From: an uncultured Flavobacteriales bacterium
GTDB taxonomy: Bacteria > Bacteroidota > Bacteroidia > Flavobacteriales_G > Salibacteraceae
Assembly: GCA_913057205.1 (NCBI GenBank)
Contig: CAJXNO010000006.1
Location: 1,778 to 65,777 of the forward strand
Direction of reading: 5' to 3'
Length of the DNA: 64,000 nt
Shown here: piece after piece, positions 45,461 to 56,229 of the stretch
Numbering within the stretch: position 1 is the stretch's first letter
How the letters are laid out: each line of letters starts with the position of its first letter
Notes under the pieces: generated by a model
Seen by the model: the letters and a program-made list of their open reading frames with translations, nothing else
Told to the model about the DNA's origin: nothing
Databases searched by the model: none
Made by a program: the position numbers and the translations under genes

Positions 45461-47980
45461 ATGAAAAAAGTTCTACTCTCGATTCTCGCTCTTGGAGTTA
45501 GTGCTGTGGGATATTCCCAGTACTGCTCGTCTTCAGCGAATTTCACCGGTGACTCTGACATCGAAAATGTCGTGCTCAACGGTGAAAACAACAGCATTAA
45601 CAATGCTACGACTAACTGTGCCGGTTATTCTAACTTCACCAACTTGTCTGCTGACTTGGTGATGACCCAGACTTATCCGATCACAGTACTCCTAACAACG
45701 TGTTCTTCATTCGAATACACGAAAAGTTCGGAAATCTACATTGACTGGAACCAAGATTTCGACTTTAACGATCCGGGTGAATTAGTGTCAGCAACGGGAC
45801 CTCATTCAGGCCTTTTCAATTGGAACACAAGTATTACAGTTCCTGCAGCTGCTGCCGTAGGTTCAACCCGAATGAGAATTGTAGTGGAAGAAACCTCAAG
45901 CCCAGCGTTTGTTGAGCCTTGTGGTTCTTACTCTTGGGGTGAAACAGAAGACTACACCATCGAGGTATTGCCTCCCGGTCTTTTCGTTCAAACCAATACT
46001 CCAAACAATCCATTGTTGTGTGCAGGTGACACTACTTACATCGCAGCTAATGGTTTCTTCGGCACACCTCCTTACGATTTCACATGGAGCTCTGGTCAAA
46101 CAGCAACTGGGGTTACAAACGATACCCTCTTGAACGTTGTAGCTGGAACGTACACGGTAACCATCGAAGACGCTGTTGGAGATGATACCTTCTCTATCAT
46201 TACCATCACTCAGCCAGATTCAATCCAAGTTAACGCTACTATTTTGACTCCATTGGTTTGTGATTATGATGAGACCGAAGTTCAAATCACCGGTTCTGGT
46301 GGTGTTGGATGGGAATCTCACGCATGGGATACATCAATGACGAACTTTAACTGGAACGGATGTTCAGATCAAACCATCAGCTTTGCCGGGAACAACGCTG
46401 TTTCTCCTGCTATTCCAATTGGTTTTGATTTCACCTTCTTTGGTGTCACTTACGATGAGTTCAAGGTTGCTTCGAATGGTTTCCTTTCATTCGACACTTT
46501 TGTTGATGACGGGTGCTGTGATGGCGACCCTATTCCGAATAACAGTGCGTTCGAACCAAATAATGCAATATATGCTGTTTGGGACTACTATACCGCTGCG
46601 TTTGGCGAGTACAGCTACTGCCTAGAGGGTATGGCTCCTAACCGCACGCTGACCGTTAATTTCTTGAACATGCCTATCTGCTGTGGTAACACTTTTGCAG
46701 CTTCTGCTCAGGTCGTATTGCATGAAGGTTCTAACTGTGTTGAGATCCTAACAGGCGATTACAACTTCACCTTTGGTTCTCAAACACAAGGTATCGAGAA
46801 CGCAGCTGGCGATACCGCTGTTGCTTACCCTGGTCGTAACGGATCTTTTTGGGGAACATCTTCTGATAGCTCTTACATCCAGTTCTGCCCAGCAGATACA
46901 GCTGGCTTGATCTATGAGTGGTCTAACGGTTTCACAGGAAACTTTGCAACTGGTCTTAGCGCTGGAACCTACACGGTATCAGCTACTGATGCTAACGGTT
47001 GTGTAGTAACTACCGACGTAACTATTGATCCTGCTCCAAGTAATTTGACTTCAGGATTGGATGTGGATGATGTGTCTTGTTTCAGCTTCGGAGACGGAAG
47101 CATCGACCCAGCGATTACCGGTGGTGTTGCTCCTGTAACTTATGCTTGGAACACAGGTGCTACTTCAGCTACACTAAGCAACCTTGGCCCTGGTACTTAC
47201 AGCGTATCGGCTGAAGACAACCTTGGTTGTACCATTGAAGTGAACAACATCGTAGTTCAAGAGCCTGCTATCTTGTTGGGTTCTATCTACGACGTTCAAG
47301 GCAACATCTGTGAAGGTGATGACGCTGGTATTGCTTCTGTTGCTTTATCTGGAGGTACTTCTCCTTACACACCAACATGGTCTAGCGGAGAGATTGGCAT
47401 TACTGCCACTAGCCTTCCATCTGGACCTAACTATGTTGAAGTGATCGATTCTAACGGTTGTGAATTGTTTGTTCCAGTGAACATTCCATTCCAGTTCAAC
47501 GATCCAACCCCAGATTTGGGTAACAACATCATCAGCTCTAACGGTGCTACTGTTCAGTTGAATACCAATCCAACCACTTACGCTTCTTACACTTGGAGTA
47601 CTGGCGAGACCACTACTACCATCGATGTAACACAAACAGGCGTGTACTGGGTTGAAGTTGCCAACGCAAACGGTTGTACTGGTTCTGATACGGTTTACGT
47701 TGAGATCTGGCCTACTGGTGTGGAAGAGATGAACACCCTTACTGGTGTTACTTTCTATCCTAACCCAGCGCGTGACATGATCAACTTCGAGATCAATACA
47801 GAGATCGATGAGTTGAACGTGACCATCACGGACGTGAAAGGTGCTATCGTTGCTAACGCTACTTTCTTGAATGGAGGTAATGCAAGCATGGACGTAGCTA
47901 ACCTTGCGGCTGGTGTTTACACCTTGAACATGAAGTCTGATGAACTGAACGCTACTCAGCGCTTGGTAATCAGCAAGTAA
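45461..47980 (+). CDS. T9SS-secreted multidomain surface protein (GEVED domain, SprB-type repeats, NIDO-like central domain, T9SS C-terminal domain)
   Basis: Signal peptide and a GEVED signature (SWGETEDYTIEV). Repeated C..GDGSI...GG..PY...W..G......L..G.Y.V...D..GC units. C-terminal VTFYPNPARDMINFE sorting domain. Confidence 0.8.
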   Translation: MKKVLLSILALGVSAVGYSQYCSSSANFTGDSDIENVVLNGENNSINNATTNCAGYSNFTNLSADLVMTQTYPITVLLTTCSSFEYTKSSEIYIDWNQDFDFNDPGELVSATGPHSGLFNWNTSITVPAAAAVGSTRMRIVVEETSSPAFVEPCGSYSWGETEDYTIEVLPPGLFVQTNTPNNPLLCAGDTTYIAANGFFGTPPYDFTWSSGQTATGVTNDTLLNVVAGTYTVTIEDAVGDDTFSIITITQPDSIQVNATILTPLVCDYDETEVQITGSGGVGWESHAWDTSMTNFNWNGCSDQTISFAGNNAVSPAIPIGFDFTFFGVTYDEFKVASNGFLSFDTFVDDGCCDGDPIPNNSAFEPNNAIYAVWDYYTAAFGEYSYCLEGMAPNRTLTVNFLNMPICCGNTFAASAQVVLHEGSNCVEILTGDYNFTFGSQTQGIENAAGDTAVAYPGRNGSFWGTSSDSSYIQFCPADTAGLIYEWSNGFTGNFATGLSAGTYTVSATDANGCVVTTDVTIDPAPSNLTSGLDVDDVSCFSFGDGSIDPAITGGVAPVTYAWNTGATSATLSNLGPGTYSVSAEDNLGCTIEVNNIVVQEPAILLGSIYDVQGNICEGDDAGIASVALSGGTSPYTPTWSSGEIGITATSLPSGPNYVEVIDSNGCELFVPVNIPFQFNDPTPDLGNNIISSNGATVQLNTNPTTYASYTWSTGETTTTIDVTQTGVYWVEVANANGCTGSDTVYVEIWPTGVEEMNTLTGVTFYPNPARDMINFEINTEIDELNVTITDVKGAIVANATFLNGGNASMDVANLAAGVYTLNMKSDELNATQRLVISK

Positions 47981-48001
47981 TACTTCAGGAACTCCCTGAT
48001 G

Positions 48002-48033
48002 AAAAGCCTCGACTTCGGTCGGGGCTTTTCTTT
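48002..48033. terminator. bidirectional stem-loop terminator between convergent genes
   Basis: AGCCTCGAC-TTCG-GTCGGGGCT followed by TTTTCTTT on the plus strand, with A4 upstream providing a U tract for the minus strand (pfkA). Confidence 0.6.
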
Positions 48034-48101
48034 GCCTTCAATCCAACGAAAGGAAACAGGGTGTAGAAAAGAAAGTCGTCTATAGCCGCCCGTTCGGTCG
48101 A

Positions 48102-49085
48102 CTAACGCGAAAGAATCGTATTGATGCGAAGCAGCTCTTGGTTGAAGCCTGCTTGCTCGTTCACCGCTCGCTCGATGGGCGTTGTGACAAGTTTTTTGTT
48201 GATGATGCCCACCATTACACCTTTCTTGCCTGAGAGCAAACACTCAACAGCGAATGCCCCCAACTCTGCCGCAAGAATACGGTCGCTGGCTGTTGGTGAC
48301 CCACCTCGTTGGATGTGACCCAAGACCGTTACGCGCGTATCGTACTCATTGTTCATGGCCTTAAGTTGCTCTGCCACCTCATACGCACTCCCGTGTGGAC
48401 TCCCCTCCGCAACGATCACGATGCTCGAGGATTTTTTCCGCCGCTTCAGCATCGTAAGGTGTTCATACAATTCAGACAGGGGCTTGGGGTCTTCCGGCAT
48501 CAGTACAGCTACGGCACCTGAGGCAACAGCAGTGCGCAGGGCGATATGACCCGTATCGCGACCCATCACTTCGATCATGAAAAGTCGATCATGGCTGTTC
48601 GCTGTATCACGGATCTTATCAATGCATTCCATGGCAACGTTCACAGCAGTATCAAACCCGATTGTGTAATCCGTTCCATAGATATCATTATCGATCGTGC
48701 CAGGGATACCGATCACCGCAACTCCATGCTCACGACTCAAAAGGTTTGCACCCGTCATGGAACCATCACCACCGATCACTACAACAGCATCGATACCTCG
48801 CGCTCGTAGGATATCCGCCGCTCTGCGTCGACCTTCTGGTGTTCGAAATGCTTCCGAGCGAGAGCTCTTTAGAAAGGTCCCTCCCGTTGAGATAATCTTA
48901 CCCACACTGCTCAGCCTGAGTTCCTCCATCTCATCTTCGATCATGCCTTTATATCCATGAAAGACCCCTGTCACTTTCAAGCCAGAAAAGATGGCCATCC
49001 GAACAACGGAACGAATCGCGGCATTCATTCCAGGAGAGTCTCCTCCAGAAGTCAGTACAGCTATATGATTCAAACCATCGGGCAT
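48102..49085 (-). CDS. pfkA: ATP-dependent 6-phosphofructokinase
   Basis: TSGGDSPGMNAAIR, GGDGS and PGTIDND motifs. The ATG at 49085 overlaps the ClC stop (TGATG). Confidence 0.95.
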   Translation of the reverse strand: MPDGLNHIAVLTSGGDSPGMNAAIRSVVRMAIFSGLKVTGVFHGYKGMIEDEMEELRLSSVGKIISTGGTFLKSSRSEAFRTPEGRRRAADILRARGIDAVVVIGGDGSMTGANLLSREHGVAVIGIPGTIDNDIYGTDYTIGFDTAVNVAMECIDKIRDTANSHDRLFMIEVMGRDTGHIALRTAVASGAVAVLMPEDPKPLSELYEHLTMLKRRKKSSSIVIVAEGSPHGSAYEVAEQLKAMNNEYDTRVTVLGHIQRGGSPTASDRILAAELGAFAVECLLSGKKGVMVGIINKKLVTTPIERAVNEQAGFNQELLRINTILSR

Positions 49086-50932
49086 CAACTCGAATATACT
49101 TCTTTCAGCATTCCTCTGTATGCGCTGAACAGCTTCGACTTCGAAACAAAACCAAGGTAATGTCCCTGCTCATCCAACACAGGTAAATTCCATGCTCCAC
49201 TAGACTCAAATTTATTCATCACTGCATCCATCGTGTCTTCTTTCCGCACATACTCTGGAGCATCCGTCATGAGATCGTGTACAAAGGTGCTATCGTAGAG
49301 GTCTTGGTTAAAGATCACGTGACGCACCTCGTTCAAATTGACCACTCCGATCAAGTTACGATCCTCATCCACCACCGGAAACAGGTTTCGGTTGGAACGT
49401 GCGATTACCTTGACCAAGTCGCCAAGTTTCTGATATGGCCCTACCGTGCTGAAATCCGTTTCAATCTCTCGGTGAAGCTTCATCAAGGTAAGTACAGCTT
49501 GATCCTTGTCATGGGTGATCAACTCACCTCGTCGGGCAAGCTGAGCCGTGTAGATGCTGTGTGGAATGAACTGCTTCACGGTTAAGTACGAGATGGACGC
49601 GGTCAACATCAAGGGCACAAACAACTCATAGCCCCCTGTGATCTCTGCGAGTAAGAATATGGCCATCAGCGGAGCGTGCAGGTTACCGGCCATCAAGCCG
49701 GCCATCGCCACCAAGGTGAAGTTGCTCTCGGGCAAATCACCTAAACCGAAGGTGTTTACTGATTTCGCATAGAAGAATCCAAACATCGCTCCCATGAACA
49801 GCGTAGGGGCAAAGGTTCCACCTACACCGCCAGCCCGAAAGGTCAGCGTAGTAGCCACTACTTTGAATAATGCCAACGCCAAAACAAAAACCAGCAGCAC
49901 GTAGATATTGCCCGAATACGCCTCGAACAAGGTGTTATCGAGCAGCTCGAAGGGTCTACCCTCGATGATCGTGTTGATAGTCGGATAACCCTCCCCGTAA
50001 AGCGGCGGAAGGGCGAACAACAAAAGTCCTAAAGAAGATCCTGCGATCAAGGTCTTCATTTGCTGCTTCTTCAATCGGTCAAAAACACGATTCACCGACA
50101 TGTAGGTGCGGTAGAAGAAGATCGAGGCCATACCCGTAAAGATGCCGAGACCAATGTAGTACGGAATATGCCCAAAGCGAAAATCATCCGTGATGCGGAA
50201 GTGAAACAGGATGTCATCGCCCATGAAGAAGGTAGATGTGATCGTAGCTGAAGCACTCGCCAAAAGCAAAGGGATCAGCGATGCCGTGGTAAGGTCTAGC
50301 ATGATTACCTCAATGGCAAAAACGATGGCTGCAACAGGTGCATTGAAGAGGGAAGCCATGGCACCAGAGGCCGCACAGCCAATCAGCAGGGTCCGTGTTT
50401 TATAGGGCACTTTGAATAAGGTGCCCAGATTGGCTCCCCAACTTGAGGTCGTTCCTACTGTAGGACCTTCCAACCCTGCACTTCCTCCAAAACCGACCGT
50501 TATCGCTGCACCAACAATGGATGAGTAGAGGTTGTGCTTACGCATCAAGCCGTTCCGTTTTGAGATGGAATGGAGTGTATTCGGAATCCCGTGGTTGATG
50601 GGTTGTTTGACGACCCTTCGGATGAACCATTGTACCAATAATACCCCGATCAACGGATAGAAGATGTAGAGCACGTACTCGTATTGCTGGAAAAAGCTCT
50701 TGGTAAGGATCAGTTCCACCACGTGCACCGTATTCTTGATGATCAGTGCAACGATACCAGAGATCACTCCGATAGTAACCGCTAGGATATAGGTGAACTG
50801 GCGCTCACTGAGGTAAGCACGTCGAAACTCATTGATGCGTATGATGGCTTGAGACCAGCGCGCATTTGCTTCCCGCAAGTAGGGGTCTACCTTGTGCTTG
50901 GTCTCATCTATGAACTCCGACGCCTTCGACAT
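49085..50932 (-). CDS. ClC-family voltage-gated chloride channel/antiporter with a C-terminal CBS pair
   Basis: GSGIP-like GFGGSAGLEGP and GxFxP (GGTFAPTLFMG) selectivity motifs, plus two CBS domains. Confidence 0.9.
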   Translation of the reverse strand: MSKASEFIDETKHKVDPYLREANARWSQAIIRINEFRRAYLSERQFTYILAVTIGVISGIVALIIKNTVHVVELILTKSFFQQYEYVLYIFYPLIGVLLVQWFIRRVVKQPINHGIPNTLHSISKRNGLMRKHNLYSSIVGAAITVGFGGSAGLEGPTVGTTSSWGANLGTLFKVPYKTRTLLIGCAASGAMASLFNAPVAAIVFAIEVIMLDLTTASLIPLLLASASATITSTFFMGDDILFHFRITDDFRFGHIPYYIGLGIFTGMASIFFYRTYMSVNRVFDRLKKQQMKTLIAGSSLGLLLFALPPLYGEGYPTINTIIEGRPFELLDNTLFEAYSGNIYVLLVFVLALALFKVVATTLTFRAGGVGGTFAPTLFMGAMFGFFYAKSVNTFGLGDLPESNFTLVAMAGLMAGNLHAPLMAIFLLAEITGGYELFVPLMLTASISYLTVKQFIPHSIYTAQLARRGELITHDKDQAVLTLMKLHREIETDFSTVGPYQKLGDLVKVIARSNRNLFPVVDEDRNLIGVVNLNEVRHVIFNQDLYDSTFVHDLMTDAPEYVRKEDTMDAVMNKFESSGAWNLPVLDEQGHYLGFVSKSKLFSAYRGMLKEVYSS

Positions 50933-50943
50933 TCCGTCAAAGT

Positions 50944-52695
50944 TTAGGAATCCAGTTGAACCCGCAAATGGAGCTCATCCAGCTGTTCTCCGCTGATGGG
51001 TGAAGGTGAATCAATCATTAGATCGCGACCTGCATTGTTCTTTGGGAATGCGATGTAGTCTCGAATGCTATCAGACCCCCCAAACATTGCGGCTAAGCGA
51101 TCAAAACCGAAAGCAATACCACCATGGGGTGGTGCGCCGTATTCAAAAGCCCCCATCAGAAAACCGAACTGTGCTTTCGCTTCTTCATCGGTGAATCCGA
51201 GCAGCTCGAACATCTTCGCCTGTAGTTTCTGATCGTGGATACGGATAGACCCACCGCCCAGTTCAACACCGTTGATCACCATGTCATAGGCATTCGCGTT
51301 CACCTCACCAGGCGCCGTCTCCAACTTAGCTAGGTCTTCGATCTTTGGAGAAGTGAAGGGGTGATGCATCGCATAAAAGCGTTGGGTTTCTTCATCCCAT
51401 TCGAGTAAAGGAAAGTCAACCACCCACAGCGGCTTGTATTCGAATGGAGCTCGCAATCCGAGTTGATTCCCCATCTCTAAGCGTAGTTCATTCATCTGCT
51501 TGCGCGTTGCGTCACGATCTCCCGCTAATACCAAGATCAAATCGCCCGGCTTTGCTCCCGTAACTTCTGCCCACCTTTGAAGGGCCTCTTGATCAAAGAA
51601 TTTATCTACGGATGATTTCAGGCTGCCATCGTCATTCACACGACAATAAACCAAGCCTTTCGCACCAACCTGAGGACGTTTCACGAAATCTGTCAACTGA
51701 TCCAGCTGCTTACGGGTATAGCTGGCCGCTCCCTCTGCATTGATGGCAACCACCAATTCTGCATCGTCAAAGATCTTGAAGTCTTTTCCTTTCACCACAT
51801 CGTTGAGCTCAACGAAAGGCATTCCAAAGCGAAGGTCTGGCTTGTCACTTCCATACAGTCGCATCGCGTCGGCATACGTGAGTCGCTCAAATGCTGGGAG
51901 TTCAACACCCTTGATCACCTTGAACAAGTGCCGCACGAGGCCTTCGAAGGTGTGGAGCACATCTTCTTGCTCAACAAAGGCCATCTCACAGTCGATCTGG
52001 GTAAATTCTGGCTGACGATCCGCGCGCAGGTCCTCATCCCTGAAGCATCGCACGATCTGAAAGTAGCGGTCATAGCCGCTGATCATTAACAATTGCTTGA
52101 AGGTTTGTGGCGACTGGGGCAAGGCATAGAATTGTCCTTCGTTCATACGAGAAGGCACTACAAAATCACGCGCACCCTCTGGGGTAGACTTGATCAAATA
52201 AGGTGTCTCGATCTCCATAAAGGAGGCGGCGTCTAAGTATTTGCGAGTTTCAATGGCAAGTCGGTGACGCAGGGCCAATTTCTCTCGTAGCGGATTTCTT
52301 CTTAAGTCCAGGTACCGGTACTTCATGCGGATCTCTTCCCCGCCATCGGTTTCATCTTCGATGGTGAACGGAGGAACCTTTGAGGCATTCAATACCTTGA
52401 GCGACTCCACCTTGATCTCGATCTCACCTGTGTTGATCTGCTTGTTCTTGCTCTCACGTTCCTTGACTTGACCGCTAATCTGAACAACGAATTCACGGCC
52501 AAGCTTCCGAGCTTGTTCACAAAGCGCCTGGTCTTGCTCGATGTTTAAGCTTAATTGGGTGATGCCATAGCGGTCGCGCAGGTCGATGAAGGTCATTCCT
52601 CCCAGATTGCGTACACGTTGTACCCAGCCGGCTAGGGTCACTTTTTGCCCTTCGTTTTCAAGCCTTAATTCACCACAAGTATGCGTTCTGAACAT
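50944..52695 (-). CDS. aspS: aspartate--tRNA ligase
   Basis: 583 aa class IIb aaRS ([46 protein letters not shown]). Confidence 0.97.
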   Translation of the reverse strand: MFRTHTCGELRLENEGQKVTLAGWVQRVRNLGGMTFIDLRDRYGITQLSLNIEQDQALCEQARKLGREFVVQISGQVKERESKNKQINTGEIEIKVESLKVLNASKVPPFTIEDETDGGEEIRMKYRYLDLRRNPLREKLALRHRLAIETRKYLDAASFMEIETPYLIKSTPEGARDFVVPSRMNEGQFYALPQSPQTFKQLLMISGYDRYFQIVRCFRDEDLRADRQPEFTQIDCEMAFVEQEDVLHTFEGLVRHLFKVIKGVELPAFERLTYADAMRLYGSDKPDLRFGMPFVELNDVVKGKDFKIFDDAELVVAINAEGAASYTRKQLDQLTDFVKRPQVGAKGLVYCRVNDDGSLKSSVDKFFDQEALQRWAEVTGAKPGDLILVLAGDRDATRKQMNELRLEMGNQLGLRAPFEYKPLWVVDFPLLEWDEETQRFYAMHHPFTSPKIEDLAKLETAPGEVNANAYDMVINGVELGGGSIRIHDQKLQAKMFELLGFTDEEAKAQFGFLMGAFEYGAPPHGGIAFGFDRLAAMFGGSDSIRDYIAFPKNNAGRDLMIDSPSPISGEQLDELHLRVQLDS

Positions 52696-52853
52696 GTTTC
52701 CCGTTTTGAAGGCGCGAAGGTAACGTAAGACCTTGTTTTAATGGGGCTTTCCATTCTTTTTTTAGCCTTTGAGGAATCTCAAAAAAGCACCTGAGCACGG
52801 TCATGTTTTAAGGCTGATAGAAACCGCTCCTTTGTTGAAGAAAACAAGAATAC

Positions 52854-53255
52854 ATGAAGAAAGAGATGGCGCGAAGCCCCCGTATGCATATCGATGATTT
52901 GCACTTTGAGCACGAACAGTGGAAAAGAGAACTGAATTTTTTCAAAGAGGAGTATAAGTTCTTTACGAATCGATTGGAGGAGATTGCATCGAGGTACACC
53001 AAAGCAGAAGTGATGAAGGAATTGGAGCATTTCCAAAACCAACTCTACATCCAAAACAACGCGATCGATCAGCTGCTGCATGATATCAAGGCGAATGAAC
53101 ACGAACTGGCGACATACGCTGAATCGCATCCCGTTGCCGTAGACCGGGTATTGTTCGAGGATCATGAACCCTTGCGCGAACAGGTAAGCATCAACCGTGA
53201 TATCGTAACGCAGTTCAAATCAGAATACCAACGTTTCCTTGCGAAATGGATGTAA
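52854..53255 (+). CDS. hypothetical protein (helical, charged)
   Basis: 133 aa with protein-like composition. The antisense ORF at 52779-53165 looks spurious. No family recognised. Confidence 0.55.
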   Translation: MKKEMARSPRMHIDDLHFEHEQWKRELNFFKEEYKFFTNRLEEIASRYTKAEVMKELEHFQNQLYIQNNAIDQLLHDIKANEHELATYAESHPVAVDRVLFEDHEPLREQVSINRDIVTQFKSEYQRFLAKWM

Positions 53256-53277
53256 TTCCAAACAAAATCAAGCAACC

Positions 53278-53646
53278 ATGAGAGACATCAAAATCACAGA
53301 CGACAAGACAATCAAGGAGGTACAGGAGGCCTTTCACGAGCATTTTCCTTACTTGAAACTAGAGTTCTACGCAGAGGCGCATGTGGCCGGTCAAGGTTCA
53401 GTTGACGCGTTGAAGATCAATATATCATCGACCATAGGCGAGGCACGAACCAAGGAATCCGAAGGGAATGTCAACATCCATGGAAACTAAAAGGTGAGCA
53501 CCTTAGAAAGTGTGTTCCATGACGTTTATGGATTAAATGTGCAAGTATTTAGGCGAAGCGGAAGCTTATGGCTTCAAACCACTACCACTGACTCTTGGAC
53601 ATTGAGTGAACAAAACGAGACGGCAAGAGAGTTTGCCATTGATTGA
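53278..53646 (+). pseudogene. small conserved hypothetical gene interrupted by an in-frame TAA at 53488-53490
   Basis: MRDIKITDDK...NVNIHGN-TAA-KVSTLESVFHDVYGLNVQVFRRSGSLWLQTTTTDSWTLSEQNETAREFAID-TGA. The 52 codons after the stop stay in frame and look like genuine protein sequence. Confidence 0.5.
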
Positions 53647-53681
53647 CCGTAAGCTTGGTTTTTTGTTTGGCTTGAGGCCGG

Positions 53682-54503
53682 TTACCTGTTTTCAGGGACC
53701 GGCTTCGTTGCTTTCATCAAGGCCATACCAACGAAGACAAGCCCTACTCCAATCAGCGGTAGACTTAGGATCTGTCCCATATTCAAGGTCATCTCCTGCT
53801 CAAAGGCCACCTGCACTTCTTTGTAGTACTCGATAATGAATCGAGCCGTGAACTGACCGATCAAAAAGACCCCGAAAAGCAAGCCTGGTTTCTTTGCCGA
53901 ATCGGTTTTGGTGTAAAGGAAGGCCAAGATCATGAACAGCACCAAGTAAGCCAGTGCCTCATAGATCTGGGCAGGATGGCGCGGCACCAATTCAGCATAA
54001 CCTGCACGCATGAAAAGGAAGGCCCAGCTCCCATCAAATGGAGCACCAACGATCTCATGATTCATCAAGTTCCCGGTACGAATGAAAACTGCAGCCAAGG
54101 CGATGGTGATCACGATCCTATCCAGTACCCAGAGCAGCGGCGTTTTGGCCACCCGCTTACTCCAGAGCCAGAGCGAAATAATGATGCCAATGGCAGCGCC
54201 GTGACTCGCAAGCCCGCCCTTCCAGATCTGCAGGATTTCTCCGATGTTGTTCTGATAATAATCCCATTGGTAGAAGAATACATGACCTAGGCGCGCGCCA
54301 AGCACCGTTCCAACCATCATGTAAATGAGCAGGCTGTCCATCCACACCTCCGGCTTGCCTTCTTTCTTCAGGATACGCTGCATGATGTAGTAGCCCATTA
54401 AAAAGGCCAATGCAAACAACAAGCCGTACCACCGAATGCTGATAGGTCCGAATTCGACAAGGGTGGGATCTACGTTCCAAGTGATATACAGCAACTGCTT
54501 CAT
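53682..54503 (-). CDS. lgt: prolipoprotein diacylglyceryl transferase
   Basis: GPISIRWYGL, GARLGHVFFY and GGLASHG motifs. I prefer the ATG at 54503 over the TTG at 54512. Confidence 0.9.
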   Translation of the reverse strand: MKQLLYITWNVDPTLVEFGPISIRWYGLLFALAFLMGYYIMQRILKKEGKPEVWMDSLLIYMMVGTVLGARLGHVFFYQWDYYQNNIGEILQIWKGGLASHGAAIGIIISLWLWSKRVAKTPLLWVLDRIVITIALAAVFIRTGNLMNHEIVGAPFDGSWAFLFMRAGYAELVPRHPAQIYEALAYLVLFMILAFLYTKTDSAKKPGLLFGVFLIGQFTARFIIEYYKEVQVAFEQEMTLNMGQILSLPLIGVGLVFVGMALMKATKPVPENR

Positions 54504-54545
54504 GTAGTACAAATCTTAACTTCGCACAAAGATAGAATTCAAGGC

Positions 54546-55526
54546 ATGCTCCGCAGACCAAGACGAAACCGCAAGAACGATGTCATCCGAGCCCAGCATC
54601 GTGAAACAAATATCCACACGGATCACCTGATCTATCCCCTTTTTGTGGTGGATGGCAATCAAGAGAGATCAGAAGTGAAGTCGTTGCCAGGACAATTCCG
54701 ATTGCCTTTGAACGACCTCCTGAAAGAGGTAGAATCTTGCATGGAGCTTGGCGTACGGTGTTTCGATCTCTTTCCTGCGGTAGATGAATCCCTGAAAGAT
54801 GCCGATGCTACTTACAGTTATCACGACGATAATTTCTACCTCCACTATATACGAGCGTTAAAAGAACGCTTTCCAGAGGCGGTGGTCATGACCGATGTAG
54901 CGATGGACCCCTATAGCAGCGATGGGCACGACGGGGTGGTGAAGGATGGCAAGATCTTGAATGACCCTACCTTAGAAGTATTGGGTAAGATGAGTGTGGC
55001 ACAAGCTCAGGCAGGTGCTGATATCATTGGCCCATCTGACATGATGGATGGAAGAGTAGAACACATCCGAATGGTCTTGGATGATGCTGGTTTCAGCGAC
55101 GTAAGCATCATGTCTTACACGGCAAAATACGCGAGTGCCTACTATGGTCCATTCCGGGATGCGCTTGACTCTGCTCCGAAGTTTGGCGATAAAAAGACCT
55201 ATCAGATGGATCCGGCGAATCAAGGCGAGGCCTTATTGGAAGCAGAGATTGATTATGCAGAAGGAGCCGACTACTTGATGGTAAAACCAGCGCTGTGCTA
55301 TTTAGATGTGATCCATCTACTAAAAGAGAACTTCCCAGTTCCGATCGCCGCCTACAACGTGAGTGGTGAATACGCGATGCTGAAAGCAGCAGCTGCTAAT
55401 GGGTGGATTGATTACGAATGGGCGATGCGAGAAATGCTGTTGAGCATCAAACGCGCCGGGGCAGATGTGATCCTTACCTACTTTGCGAAGGAGTTCGCAC
55501 AGATGCAAAAAGACGGTCGACTCTAG
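54546..55526 (+). CDS. hemB: porphobilinogen synthase (delta-aminolevulinate dehydratase)
   Basis: RRPRRNR N-terminus, and active-site Lys contexts (SYTAKYASAYYGPFRDA and MVKPA). Confidence 0.95.
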   Translation: MLRRPRRNRKNDVIRAQHRETNIHTDHLIYPLFVVDGNQERSEVKSLPGQFRLPLNDLLKEVESCMELGVRCFDLFPAVDESLKDADATYSYHDDNFYLHYIRALKERFPEAVVMTDVAMDPYSSDGHDGVVKDGKILNDPTLEVLGKMSVAQAQAGADIIGPSDMMDGRVEHIRMVLDDAGFSDVSIMSYTAKYASAYYGPFRDALDSAPKFGDKKTYQMDPANQGEALLEAEIDYAEGADYLMVKPALCYLDVIHLLKENFPVPIAAYNVSGEYAMLKAAAANGWIDYEWAMREMLLSIKRAGADVILTYFAKEFAQMQKDGRL

Positions 55527-55529
55527 GGC

Positions 55530-56174
55530 TCATCGACCCATGTGCGCATATAGCTTTCGGACATTGCTCTGAAAGGTTAGCGTTTCTGCCACCTGAAAAT
55601 AGTGCTCCGGATCATAGCAGTGACGGTAGGCAAACTGCGCAAAATCCAAGCGGTAATGGTCAAATGCAAAAAGTCGCGCAACGGCTGCGATCTGTGCAGC
55701 ACTCATCCCTCTGGTAGCGACCGCTTCTTTGGCAATCGCATAGCGATGGCGGTCAAACGCTGCATGTTCGATCCGCTCTAGAAGCGCTGAAAACATGGCA
55801 GCATCAACAGGAACCGGCGTAATCTCTGTTATATGAAGCTGCCTGCGATTAAAGACCAGTCCGCCACGATGGTTCAAGAACCCTTCAATATGTTGCTGCG
55901 CACCAACATCAACCCTGCCTCCTGCAACCTTAAACGAACGAAATAAGCCTGGTCTATGCAAGTCAGGAACATGCTTCATCACTGAAACGTGATAGCTTCC
56001 TGGGTGAAGATCAGCAAGGATTAGTCTTCCGCTTTCTAAAGGGTAGTTGGTGCCATTCACAAAAACGGAATAGACATCATGGCTTGGAAGAGAAAGGATC
56101 AATCTTGAGGTATGTGCTTGGGCGGCAAAAGCAAGTGCGAAGGCGAACAACAGAAAGGTGGTGAGCTTTTTCAT
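55530..56174 (-). CDS. DUF4476-like secreted protein
   Basis: Signal peptide. The C-terminal FD..R...AK......G.SAAQIA.....F.FD..RL.FA..AY pattern was recalled as DUF4476. Confidence 0.55.
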   Translation of the reverse strand: MKKLTTFLLFAFALAFAAQAHTSRLILSLPSHDVYSVFVNGTNYPLESGRLILADLHPGSYHVSVMKHVPDLHRPGLFRSFKVAGGRVDVGAQQHIEGFLNHRGGLVFNRRQLHITEITPVPVDAAMFSALLERIEHAAFDRHRYAIAKEAVATRGMSAAQIAAVARLFAFDHYRLDFAQFAYRHCYDPEHYFQVAETLTFQSNVRKLYAHMGR

Positions 56175-56229
56175 GATGCTTGATCTTTTGGATTCATCGC
56201 ATCAAATCCAAGCACCGTGCCAAATTGGA

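Noticed and set aside
56188-56211. A 7-bp inverted repeat (TTGGATT-N10-AATCCAA) between the PiT gene and the DUF4476 gene, considered as a terminator.
   Set aside because: The stem is short and AT-rich with a 10-nt loop, and no U tract follows on the minus strand. This is not distinguishable from chance.
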